Source of the DNA: Trypanosoma brucei
Lineage: Eukaryota
DNA length: 64,000 nucleotides
Assembly: GCA_000002445.1 (NCBI GenBank)
Contig: CM000207.1
Location: 256,001 to 320,000 of the forward strand
Direction: 5' to 3'
The notes under the pieces were generated by a model. The model made no database searches, was not told where the DNA came from, and saw nothing but the letters and a program-made list of their open reading frames with translations. Both the position numbers and the translations under genes were made by a program. Shown here piece by piece: positions 47,576 to 58,700 of the stretch (position 1 is its first letter; the number at the start of each line of letters is the position of its first letter).

Positions 47576-47944
47576 AGACGATTGTAAAAAATCTTACTTG
47601 GAATAATGAATTGCTAATGTAAAGTCAAAGGTTGAAGACGTAAAAACCACTACAAACATTTTTTGATAACTTTGAAAAAGTGAGCGTAAGATATAACTTT
47701 CGTTGTAGAAATAGACTGTAAAAGGTGCTCTGTTCGTGCCTGAAAAATAGACAGAAAGCAACAAGAAAGTGTGAGTACAGTAATTGGAAACAGAGAATTC
47801 CTGATTTTCGTTATTAACAAAACTGAGTTATTTAAACGCACACAACCTCCAACGGGAGTCAGTCGTGTCTTATTCCAATTTCACTGCGCTTCAAGAGAAA
47901 GGCACCCGAGCTGCAACTTTAAAAGAAATATTCAAAACTGCGCA

Positions 47945-49510
47945 ATGCCACAGATCTCAAGGTGTTCAAGGCACCAATTAACCGTAGCAGCATTGTCGCT
48001 AGTCTTCTCGAATTTAGCAAGAGGCGCGACCACAAACGGCGTAAACGCACCAGCGTACGCAACTTTGTGTGACATTTACAATCTTAAGGATGCTAAACCA
48101 CCAACAGTATGGGCAAAGCAGTTTGATGACGCCCAAAGTTTAATAACGGCCATTTACAATCTGAACATTAGTACCGCAAGTGATACGTGGCTAACAAACA
48201 AAGACGGCGAGTTCGCAAATATCTCCGACAGCGCCGAGAGAGACGGGCAGTTGAAGGAGTGGATTAAGCAAGTCGAAGCGACAACAGCCGCAGACACGAC
48301 CACGGGTAAACCAGGGCCGTACAGCAAAGTACCCAACAACCCCTTCAAACCGATCGCAAACAAGCAAATTGACGCTTTGTACCGGCAAGCGCAAACGAAA
48401 AAAGGAGCCTTCGAGCAAGCTAAGAAAGAAGTAACAGAAGCACACACCAAAGCGAACCGTAAGATTCTGGACGCCATCTACGGCACCGGTAAATCGGCTT
48501 TCGACACTACAGCTTTCACAACCACAAAACAGCAAATGTGTGGCAACGGCAACAACGGCCACGCGAATGTCGGCAAAAACATACTAAACGACATGATCTG
48601 CCTTTGCACGGCGGAAGGCAGCCAATCGGACAAGGCATGCGGAGAGAAAGACATGGGCGAAGTGCAAAGCGACGCGACAGGGGCCGAAGCCGCAGCAGCA
48701 AACCTCGAGGGGGCGTGTACCAAAAAAGAAACAAAACAAGAGCTCTCAGAGGCCCTAATACAAGCGAAGCTAGCAGCGTTTTTCGCACACGTCGGTGCAA
48801 TACCAGACAGCCAAACTGACGCCTCGGTACGATTCGTACTAGGCCAGGCCCAGACAGGCGGCTGTGTAGGATCAAGCAACAAGCAATGCGTAAACTACAA
48901 AGCGCAATTAACTACAGGGGGCGGCGGAATTCCATGGGTCAACCAACTGGAGGAAGCGGCCTCGATTTTACGCAGGGCATCAATAGCATACGCCGAAGCA
49001 GCCCACATCGATGCCGAACTAAAAAGTCTGAAGGCCCAGGCCGCCAGCTTACGCAATGCAGCAGTCATAGGCATTGCTCTGCCTGATATGGCCTCAACAG
49101 AACGCCGCCTCGATAGCCCCAAAGAACTTAGTTAAAGTGCAGAACAAGCTTGTAACAAACTAAATAGTGAACAAAAGTGCAATGCTGATCCGAAATGCAG
49201 TTACGAAACAGAAAGCGATGGCACCAAAAAGTGCAAATATAATGCGACAAAAGCGAAAGAAAAAGGAGTTTCTGTAACACAAGCTCAAACAGGAGGAGGA
49301 ACAACTGCACCCTCAGATAGGTGCACAAAACACAAAGACAAAACGAGCTGTGAAAAGGAAAATGAGGGCCAAAAACCGGCCGAAATTCCGAAAGATAAAA
49401 AATCTGTTTGTGGTTGGATTGAGGAGAAATGCAAAGATTCTTCTATTCTAGCAACTAAAAAATTTGCCCTCAGCATGGTTTCTGCTGCATTTGTGGCCTT
49501 GCTTTTTTAA
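47945..49510 (+). pseudogene. VSG: VSG pseudogene (VSG12) with a single in-frame TAA at 49133-49135
   Basis: ORF 47771-49135 (signal peptide MPQISRCSRHQLTVAALSLVFSNLARGATTNG from 47945). The same frame continues after ...PKELS* as SAEQACNKLNSEQKCNADPKCSYETESDGTKKCKYNATKAKEKGVSV...CGWIEEKCKDSSILATKKFALSMVSAAFVALLF*. 16-mer cttatatattttaacacc at ~49565. Confidence 0.8.
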
Positions 49511-49714
49511 GTTCCCCCTCTCAATTTACTAAAAAATTCTTGCTAAAAAATTTTGCTACTTGAAAACTTCTTATATATTTTAACACCTTTAAATTCCACC
49601 GAAAAAATTGAGCTGTGTTTGTAAGTTGTAAAGTTTGTGATTCTGTAATTTTCTAATTTTTCTAGCAACTAAAATTTTTTTTTCTTTCCTTTTCCTGTCT
49701 TTTTAATTTTTGTA

Positions 49715-49855
49715 GGTAGGTAGGAGGGGGGGGTAGTTAGGTTAGTTAGGGGGGTTAGGTAGGATTAGGATTAGGATTAGGGTTAGGGTTATGGTTACTC
49801 GGTTAGGGTTAGGGTTAGGGTTAGGGTTAGGATTAGGGTTACTCGGTTAGGGTTA
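49715..49855 (+). repeat. Interstitial telomeric hexamer tract (TTAGGG)n, about 140 bp, G-strand on +, with degenerate units (taggta, ttagga, ttactcgg)
   Basis: ggtaggtaggagggggggtagttaggttagttaggggggttaggtaggattaggattaggattagggttagggttatggttactcggttagggttagggttagggttagggttaggattagggttactcggttagggtt. Confidence 0.9.
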
Positions 49856-51290
49856 ATTTTTCTTTTTTTTTTCTAATCCATTTTTTTTATAAAGTGATGC
49901 AGCGGCTCCTCCTTTTTTATGTGCACCGCCGCAGCCGTTACGATTTATTATGTTTTCATATACCAGGTTGCTTGTTTTTTAATTTTTCAACTTTTTATTA
50001 GTGATGCAGCGACTCCTTTTTTTTTCACTGACGTTTAATTTATTTTTTTTCATATTAGTGATGCAGCGGCTGTTTTATTATGTGGACCCTAACCCTCCTC
50101 CCCCCCACCCCAGACGCCCCCGCGTACGCACCTTTTTTTTTCGTGTTTTTTTGTCTTCTTGATTTTTCGAATTTTTTTTCAATGTTTTATTCGAACTTAT
50201 AATTTTTTTGATTCACTCACAATTTTTAATTATTTTTTTTTAGCCGTGCAGCGGCTGTTTTATTATGCGGACCCTAACCCTCCTCCCCCCCCGCACACCC
50301 GCGCACCCGCACAGTTTTTTTAATTTTAATTTTTTTTACGTTTTGGAATGCGCGAATTTTTTTAGTGCGTTTTTCACAAAGCCTTTTTTACCCTTTTTTT
50401 TGTATTACGTGATTTTATTTTTTTAATTTTCCGATTTTTTGATTTTAGTTTTTTTACGCCACACCCGCGACTTTTTTTGTCTTTTTGGTTTTTCGAATTT
50501 TTTTTCGTTCATTCTTTTGGCTTTTATAATTTTTTTGTTTTTATTTTTTGATTCTATTTTGCATTTGAATTTTTAAGTTTTTTTATTTTTAATTTTTTAA
50601 TTTATTGTTTTTTGCTTTTTAAGTTTTTGACATTTTTTGTTTTTGATTCCTTTTTTTGTCATCGACCGACACAAATTTTCTGTCACCGCCCCTTTTTGTT
50701 CGGCACGGCAGATGCGGTGTTTCGGGTTCAGGTGTTTCGGGTTAGGGGTTAGGGTTAGGGTTACTCGGTTAGGGTTACTTTTTTTCCTTTTCACTTTTTT
50801 TAATTTTTTTTTATGATGCAGCGATTTTTTTCGCAGCCCTGCCGGCAATCCAATTTATTATTTTTATTGTTTCTATTTTACAACACTTTGCTAATTTAAT
50901 TTTTAACTTTTTCTTTAGCGATGCGGCGGCTATTTTATTATGCGGACCCTAACCCTCTCCCCCGCGCGCACCTCCGTTTTTTTAATTTTTTTTGCCGCAT
51001 TTTTCAGCCCCTGTTTTCGAGTTTCTTTCAAATTTTTTTGTTTTTCAACCCAGCGATGCAGCGGCTGTTTTTTCTTCATAAACCCTGACACTTATGCGCG
51101 CTACAGCCATCCTCGCTTAAATTTTTTAAATATTCAGCACCTACCCGTGCAGTGGTGTTTGATACTTTTTTGCTTTTTTGAATTTCAGCTCTGCGTTTTG
51201 CGCTGCACGCAGCTTTTCTTTTTACGCTGATGCGTGTCAGTTTCGCTGCAGGAAACGATTTTCCTTTCAAGAGGCGCTAACAAAAAACTC
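49856..51290. repeat. T-rich subtelomere-like satellite block. At least 7 irregular units carry (G/A)TGATGCAGCGGCTG-TTTTATTATG(C/T)GGACCCTAACCCTCCTCCCCCC, so C-strand telomere-like motifs lie inverted relative to the flanking G-strand tracts. A second G-strand tract is at 50730-50782.
   Basis: gatgcagcgg(c/a) motifs at ~49893, 49992, 50058, 50243 (variant gccgtgcagcggctg), 50815, 50920 (variant gcgatgcggcggct) and 51053; ggaccctaaccct(c)ctcccccc at ~50086, 50270 and 50943; gggttaggggttagggttagggttactcggttagggtt at 50730-50782; long poly-T runs throughout. Confidence 0.8.
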
Positions 51291-51904
51291 TTAATATTTA
51301 GAAGTGGCAGAATATGGCGCTCGGCAGCTAAAACCAGCCGACGTAGCAGCTTGGACCGGTCGTGGCGCGGCACAGCACCCTAGCCAAAGCAGCCAGAGCT
51401 CTCAAACAATCAGCTGAAGCAGCAGCAGGGCAATGCAGGTGCATCACCATGCCCCAACAGATTAGGCGGCAGATGTAAAACATCTTAATGCTGGGTTCCA
51501 TAAGCACCACTTCCGAAAATACACTGCAAAAACAAAGCAGTAAGCAAACAGTAGAGCAAAAAAATAAATGCAAACTGAAAAACACAACTGCAGGAGCATG
51601 ACCAGAAGCTGACTGCGACAATGATAACACCACAAAGGAATGCAAACCTAAACCAGGATCAGAAAACGCAGCAGCAGGAACAGGAGATGGAGCAAAAAGT
51701 AAGTCTCAACAGTATAAGGACACAGATAGTTGCAAGAATGCACCAGAAGAGAAAAATCTAGCTAAAAATGCAGTCTGTGGTCGGATTTATTTTATTGATG
51801 GTCAAGGAAACGTTGAAGCTTAATGCTGTGATAAAAGTTTTTTTGCAAAAACGAAATTTTCTCTGATCGCCGCTGCTTATATGAGTTTGTTAGCAATTAA
51901 ATGA
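51290..51904 (+). pseudogene. VSG: Orphan VSG C-terminal-domain fragment with a conserved leader (paralogue of 44620-45227)
   Basis: aatatttagaagtggcagaatatggcgctcggcagctaaaaccagccgacgtagcagc... is homologous to 44595-44680. Translation ...ECKPKPGSENAAAGTGDGAKSKSQQYKDTDSCKNAPEEKNLAKNAVCGRIYFIDGQGNVEA*CCDKSFFAKTKFSLIAAAYMSLLAIK*. 16-mer aaatttgatatattttaacac at ~52003. Confidence 0.7.
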
Positions 51905-52149
51905 TTTTATTACTCTAGTTATTTAATGATTATCGCTCAATTACACGAAAAACAAGAAATTTATAAATTTTTTTATTTTGGGAGAATTTACTAAAAATTC
52001 GAAAATTTGATATATTTTAACACTTTTTTGACAAAATGTACTAATTTTTGAAATTATCAAAAGCTGGTATGATAGTAGGTAATGGGCGTAGTGCCATGCA
52101 CTGATAGTGTGTAAAAATTAAGTACTATTATAATTTGTTTTATTTATTA

Positions 52150-52340
52150 TATGCATATTAGTTATACTTGTATCATTAATGGTAATGATGATAGAAGAGT
52201 TGTGTAAGTGTGTATATACTAATACTATAATAACAGCAGTAATAATAATAATAATAATAATATTAATATTAATAATAATAATAATAAAGGAATTTGTGGT
52301 GAGTGTGGACATACTAATATTATTATACGAGTTGTGATGA
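52150..52340 (+). repeat. 70-bp repeat block (about 2.5 units) with an ATT/ATA-rich expansion
   Basis: gtatcattaatggtaatgatgatagaagagttgtgtaagtgtgtatatactaatactataataacagcagtaataataataataataatattaatattaataataataataataaaggaatttgtggtgagtgtggacatactaatattattatacgag. Confidence 0.85.
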
Positions 52341-53223
52341 ATACTAAATTTCCAGAAAAAATAAAAGCAGTCAGATAAGCGGCAGGGGTGTATTGGAACT
52401 AGTTTATTTAGTAAGTGAGTTTAGAAGTGATAGAGGACGAGAAATATTAAAAGAAGTGCAGAAACTAAGAAAGAAGAATGTTGATTATGAACAGTTTCGG
52501 ATACAAGCATGACGATCGTCATCATGACATGCAAAGGTGATGAAGCACCCATTTAAGAAGCTACAGAATCACGTATACAGGCCTAACGGTGTTGGTGCCT
52601 CATTCAAAGAACCAGCAGCATTAAACAAAAAGGAATGAAAGAATATATGGCATGAAACAGCATGATATGCAGTAAAAAACAAATAGGAATATAGAACAGC
52701 GTGATTATATAGACTCGGAATGACACACCTTATTTTATTTTAAGAATGTATAGACACGGCGGTGGACATGGTTTCATGTATCGTTTGTAATCTGATAATG
52801 GCCAGTTAGATTTAAAATAATAACAGAAGAGTTCTTATTATAAAGTAAAAGCTGGTGCTAACATTTCTCCAGATAATATTTTTAAAGAGAGGAAAGAGGC
52901 TGACTAGCTGTATTTTTGAATGTAATGAAATGGAAAAATAGAACGTGGAGAGCGATGGCCTACAGATAGCACAATACGTTCGGAATAGCCATTAATTCAG
53001 ACCCAAAGATATATGTTGGGACCGCAAAAGGAAACAACAGGAATGAAATCTTTTATCCACAGTAAAAGTAATGCAAAGATTAGGAGCGTATGCATAAACA
53101 ATTTTCAAGTACATTTTGAACCACAGGTGGTAACAATCCATGCTGTTTCCGACGCTGTAACAGTCTGTAGAACCCAATAAAGATTCTTTAACAAAGTTAC
53201 TTTCGTGTTATAAAAGAAAAAAA

Positions 53224-54852
53224 GTGCGAATGATGTTCGGCAAAGCAACTGGAGAAAAGATTGAGCTGGCGAGCACATCGGCGGCGATAACCCTCCTTAT
53301 TTGCATGTTGGGTACCCCTAGCGAGGTGGATGCAACTGCAGGGCACGCTATCAAGAGACAGCATTGGGTTGCTATTTTTGAACTAGGGCAGGATGCAGAA
53401 AAGATACCAGCTTTAGCACTGACAAACCTGAGGAGCGCTGCAAGCGTGGCCGAAGATGCATTCACGAAGCTACTAAGAGCGCTAATTTACGCGCAAGCTA
53501 ACCTCACTAGAAGAACCCTACCAAAGGAAAAGGCAGCATGGTTTTTTTTGGGAGAAGAGGTCGCCGCTGGTCTAGCTTACTTCAAGGGCGGCAAAGCAGC
53601 AGCTGACATAACAGCCGCCCGTAACGCCGGTAGGCTGCAGGGCGCCATCACAGAATTCATTGAGCTCCACGCAGAGGGCTCAGACGGAACTAACGGCTGT
53701 CTCAGCGCAGATGACGACGGGGGCAACCCGATCAGCGGCAAGGCAACTTTCTCAGGCGCAACAACGGCATGCAAAGCAAACTGGGATGACGTAAAAGCAG
53801 CATCAACAAGGCCAACAGTTATCGCCGCCAACGGACTCGTAGGAAAACTGCAAAACGGAGTCGACCACGACAATCTAGTAAACGGAGCGAAACAGTGCGA
53901 TATAAACTCAGCGAAAACGACCTTCAAGCTGTCTGACGGGGCAAGCGACGGAACTAACGTGGGCACGCACATACCGAAAATGGCGGCAGGCATAATAACA
54001 GTGGGCACCACGGGACTCGAGATACCAAGCATGGCAAGCGTGGGACCGACGACTGGGCACCACGACTTCTTGAAATCAATAGTACAAGCAGCAAAGTGCG
54101 ACCAACACAGACTGCAAAAAGCAGCAGTGGACACCCTGGCAGAGGCGCAGAAGGAACCGAGGTTCAAAAAGGCAACAAAAATACACCTCCAAAACAAGAA
54201 ATCCGACGACCCCGATGATGAAGACTCCAGAGAGCGTGCGATAAAGACGGCATACGGCGACGACGACGGCATGCGGAAGGTGCTTTACGCCCACCCAGAT
54301 GGCCAACCAATCCCCAAAGCAGCACTAGGCACCGACGCCGACACAACATTAGGCCAAATCACGGACGTTGGTGAACTGATGCGTTTGTACTTTTACTATT
54401 CGGACTTGAACAAGCAGAAACTACTAGAAGCTGAGAAAAAACTTCAAGAAGTAGAAACCAAGACGGCTACAAAATCAGCAGAAGACAAAGAGAAAGAATG
54501 CAATACCAAAGGGAAAGACAAAAAGGAAGAGTGTGAAAAACTAGCGAAAGAGGGGTGCGTTTTTAACACAGAAGCCAAAAAGTGTGAGTTGAAAAAAGAA
54601 GTGAAACCTGAGCTAGAAAAAGCAAACCAGGAAACAGGAAAGACAACAACAGATAAGTGTGGCATAGAAAAACCTCCTGAGGACTGCGAAAAAGTGCAAG
54701 GTACGAAACCCAAAGGAAAAAATGTCGTTTGTGGTTGGATTGATTATATTGATGGAAAGGGCAAAGTTGAGCCAGCTTGCCGCTCTTCTAGTTTTCTAGT
54801 CGACAAGAAACTTGCTCTTATTTCTGCTGCATTTGTGAGCTTGCTTTTTTGA
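53224..54852 (+). CDS. VSG: Apparently intact VSG (VSG13), 542 aa
   Basis: Uninterrupted ORF; N-terminus MRMMFGKATGEKIELASTSAAITLLICMLGTPSEVDA; CTD ...ECNTKGKDKKEECEKLAKEGCVFNTEAKKCELKKE...KCGIEKPPEDCEKVQGTKPKGKNVVCGWIDYIDGKGKVEPACRSSSFLVDKKLALISAAFVSLLF*. 16-mer aaatttgatatattttaacac at ~54937. Confidence 0.8.
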   Translation: MRMMFGKATGEKIELASTSAAITLLICMLGTPSEVDATAGHAIKRQHWVAIFELGQDAEKIPALALTNLRSAASVAEDAFTKLLRALIYAQANLTRRTLPKEKAAWFFLGEEVAAGLAYFKGGKAAADITAARNAGRLQGAITEFIELHAEGSDGTNGCLSADDDGGNPISGKATFSGATTACKANWDDVKAASTRPTVIAANGLVGKLQNGVDHDNLVNGAKQCDINSAKTTFKLSDGASDGTNVGTHIPKMAAGIITVGTTGLEIPSMASVGPTTGHHDFLKSIVQAAKCDQHRLQKAAVDTLAEAQKEPRFKKATKIHLQNKKSDDPDDEDSRERAIKTAYGDDDGMRKVLYAHPDGQPIPKAALGTDADTTLGQITDVGELMRLYFYYSDLNKQKLLEAEKKLQEVETKTATKSAEDKEKECNTKGKDKKEECEKLAKEGCVFNTEAKKCELKKEVKPELEKANQETGKTTTDKCGIEKPPEDCEKVQGTKPKGKNVVCGWIDYIDGKGKVEPACRSSSFLVDKKLALISAAFVSLLF

Positions 54853-55104
54853 TGATTCTAAAATAGTAAAGAATTTTGCTTAATTTTATGATATTTATGA
54901 AATTTGCTATTTTTAGAGAATTTTATAAGATTGCTAAAATTTGATATATTTTAACACTATTTGATAAAAATGTACAAGTTACTTGAAAATTTAAGAAATT
55001 ACGCACGATTACGGCTTACGGATGTAAAGTAGTTGGGTTGTAGGTTAGTAACAACGAGTGGTATTCTAATTTAGCTTACTTTGTTTATTTTTCTTCATTT
55101 CATG

Positions 55105-55205
55105 GATAATAGTTAGGGTTATAATAATAATAACAAAGATGATATTAACATGAGAGCGTGCCGAAAGTGTGTACATACTAATATTATAATAAGAGTAGTG
55201 GTGAG
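55105..55205 (+). repeat. 70-bp repeat (about 1.5 units)
   Basis: ggataatagttagggttataataataataacaaagatgatattaacatgagagcgtgccgaaagtgtgtacatactaatattataataagagtagtggtg. Confidence 0.8.
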
Positions 55206-55746
55206 AACTAAACTGACGGGGAAAATAAAAGCGATTCAAACACTGACAAGCGTGTGAGCGGAGTAAGTGAATGAAAAAAAGTGAGTGAGTGGGTGTGGGA
55301 GCGCGAGAAATATGATTGGTGTAAACACAAAATAAAGAAGATAGACAGAGGGAAGATATATTGTATTCACATGCTCCGGCAAAAATATGATGATTACCAT
55401 TATAATACACAAGAAGATGATGTATAGAAAAATGGCGTAGCGACAGGACTCAGAGCAAAAGTCAAATAGTGTCGGTACGTTATCTGTAGAAAACTCAACA
55501 GAAGACAAAAAAAGAGCAAAAATACATACTGAAATTGCTGGGTGCGGAAGATTGAATCACAGAATAAACTGATACCATAGGTGATTGTGCTCCGTATTTT
55601 AAACGAATTGATAGAGGCTAATGTAGAGATGATGGGTGGCAACTGTAGTTATTAATCTGATTTGGGAGCCAGGTGTTAGACAATAAGCTGTTACATCAGA
55701 GGCGCAAAGAATGAATGTGTGACCTTTTACTTTAACGGAAGAATAT

Positions 55747-58700
55747 CCCTTGTGACGGCGGTCACCTCATCGTGGTGCAAGGGTCTAGTACTCCGTCCAG
55801 GAGGAAGTCAAGTGCCCGCATTACTCCCGGTCAAACAGGTTGGGACGGGAAATGGGCTTTCGGCGACCAGAGAAGGAGCAATCAGCAGTATCGGCATTCT
55901 GGGATGAAGAAATATATTAAACTTCTCTTCTGCACGTGCGAGCGTGCTTCAATTGGAATGCATAGACTTCTACTGCTTCTTAGCGGGGATGTGAAACAGA
56001 ATCCGAGTCCTGTCATTTGTGGAGCCCAGTGGAACTCTGGGTCGTTACCTCAGGTAAAACGATTTGCCTTGGAAAGGCAACCTCAAAAGGACCACGTACT
56101 ATTCTGTCTGTTGCAGGAGACTCACTTGGCTCCAGCGGAATGTACTGCGCTTAATATAAGATGATTCCAGTATGTGGAATTGGCGAAAAAACCGCACAGG
56201 GGTCGGGTTTCAATTTTAGTAAGAGATAGGGTGGAAGTGGAAATGGGACAGATGGAAAAAGGAGTCCTAGAAAGAGTGTCAGTGACGCTGCGATTTTCAG
56301 CTGATGTAAAATTGACAGTCACTTCAGCTTATTTTCATAGAAAATCGAGGGTTTCCAACACAGCGTCGGAACAATTAGCGGTAGAAAGCGGTCCTCTTGT
56401 AGTAGGGGCTGATGTCAACTCGCATCATGACTTGTGGAACATAATGCAGCATAGTGACGACAAAGGGGAATGTATTGTGTATTGGTGTATCGAAAACGAT
56501 ATGAAGATAGGAAACACCAGAAAAGAAACCCGTCATCAGTCAGGAGGGAACGGCTGTATTGCCTTAAAAAGACATCACCATGTGCGGAGAATGTGAGGTA
56601 GTAGATTGGACAACCACACTGGTTTCTGAAGGTGACCGTTTTGAATCACTTTTGATGATGTGGTGAATGGTGGTACAGAGGCAATTGCACTATTAAAACC
56701 TGCCAGGGTTTTATGCGCGTGAAAAAAAGCGCGTTGGATTTACTTCAGAAAGGTGAGTGATAAGTTCATTTTCAACAAGACTAAGGAAAAAATAAAGGAT
56801 GCGGATGCGTTAAATGAAGCCATCAGGAGAAACATAAGACAGGCAGCCAAGAAAACAATACCAAAGGGTAAGGGTGTAGCGCCGCCTTTCTGGACGTAGG
56901 AGCTGACGAAGCTGGACAAAATGGTTCAGAAGTGCAAGAGCGAACGGAAAAGGGACACCCTGATTCGCTGGAGGAGAAAAGCGCTGGCTGAAATGGCGCT
57001 GGGTCAGTGGAAGGAGAACGTGTCGAAGCTGGCGACCACGGATTCAGCGAACTAGAACTTTGTGAAGTCGATATATACACTGCGGCCGTTGACGTAACCA
57101 GTGGTGGTGGTGGACGGCCATCCGTTGATAAAGCGCAAGCAAGCACAAGCACTGTCCAACATGTACAAGACCAGGTCAACGAAGGCACCACATTTTCCAG
57201 AAATGAAAAGACCCAGCACCAGGTGGAGCGCGGTCCGACCGATCACCTTGGCATAGCTGGAAGTTGCGCTGCGTGAGCTGTCTTCTGGCACGGAACATGG
57301 CGATGATGCGATCGAAAGCGATGATATGAAGCAGATAGGATGAGTAGCCAAAAAGTATGTGCTGCGACTATTTAACTGAAGTCTGCGCACGGGGAGGGTA
57401 CAAGCCAAGTGGAGGCACGGCATCATAGTCCCGCTGCTGAAGCCGAACAATCCAGCTAGCAGTATCGCGTCCTTTCGGCCGGCCACTCTCATGAGCACGC
57501 TGTGCAAGGTGATGGAGCGCATCGTGGCACGTCGTGTTAGGAACTGTATTGAAGACGATCGGCAGCCACAGCAGGCAGGCTTCAGGCCGGCGCGGTCGAC
57601 GCTGGACACGCTCATGCAGGTGATAAGCACAATGCGGCGGAGGAAGGACGGTGAGAAGACCGCAACTGTGTTCATTGACTACGCGCGTGCTTTTGATTCG
57701 GTTGATCACGGCTGCATGGTCGAGGTGCTAGGGTTATTTGGAGTTAAGAAGCATCTGGTGGCGTGGATCGCGGGCTTCCTGCAGTGTCGCACGGCGCAGG
57801 TGAGGGTGAAAAATGCGCTTTCGGAGAATACACAACTCACCTGCGGCGTCCATCAGGGCTCGGTGTAAGGTCTACTGCTGTTCATCGTAACGGTGGATTC
57901 GCTGAGCAAGTGGCTGAACTGCATCCCTGGGTTGCAGCGCGTTTTTTTCGCGGACGACCTCACAATAGTATGCGCGAGCTCTGACCTGAATGCAATCCAG
58001 CGAACCGTCAAACAAGGGCTGGATTGCGTCACGAATTGGTCGGCAGAGTGCTACATGGAGGTGTCGGCGGAGAAGACTGAGTACACGCTGTTCAGGGCGC
58101 GGGACAAGAACCCACTGGGCCTGAGGATTGGAGAGACTGTGTTGAAGGAAGTACGAACACCGAAGCTGCTTGTTCCGACGATGCCACAGCCCTGAGCAAG
58201 CATGCAAGGAGTGTGAAGGCAGCGGCCGACACGCGGCTCTTGCCGCTCAGGGCTGTGGCATCGTCGGAATGGGGCCCAGAAAGGAAGAAACTGCGAACCT
58301 TCTAGCTGGCGCTGGTCCAGGATAAGATCTTTTACGGCATTGCTTCTTGGTGGTTCGATGCCTCGCTGTCGGACCGTGAGAGGCTGGAGAGGGTGCATGG
58401 ACAGGTGGCGCACATAGTGGAGTGTATTCCCAAGGCAGCCAATCGGGAGGATGCCATGCGAGAAGCTCGGCTGAAGTCTATAAACGATGTGGCGTACCGG
58501 AGAGCCTTGGAATACTATCAACGCATGAAAGCCAATGGCCAGACGTATGCACAGCTTGCGAACAGCATATTCACAGCTGAGAATCCAGTCCATGTCAGGC
58601 TTGCGACGGCACAGCGGCTGCACAGCACCATTGATGGCCCGGGCAAGCGACACGATGCGACGGTGTTGCGGCTGGCCAAGCGCGTCCACTTCAACAACAC

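Noticed and set aside
49715-49855. TTAGGG tract as a true chromosome end
   Set aside because: More than 14 kb of unique sequence, including intact VSGs, continues to its right, and a second tract lies 1 kb further on. It is interstitial, not terminal.
3462-55205. Regularly recurring ~70-bp repeats separated by 2-8 kb 'spacers', superficially CRISPR-like on a coarse scale
   Set aside because: This is a eukaryotic (kinetoplastid) VSG array. The repeats are the well-known TAA-rich 70-bp repeats, their spacing is kilobases rather than tens of bp, and there are no cas genes or palindromic direct repeats.
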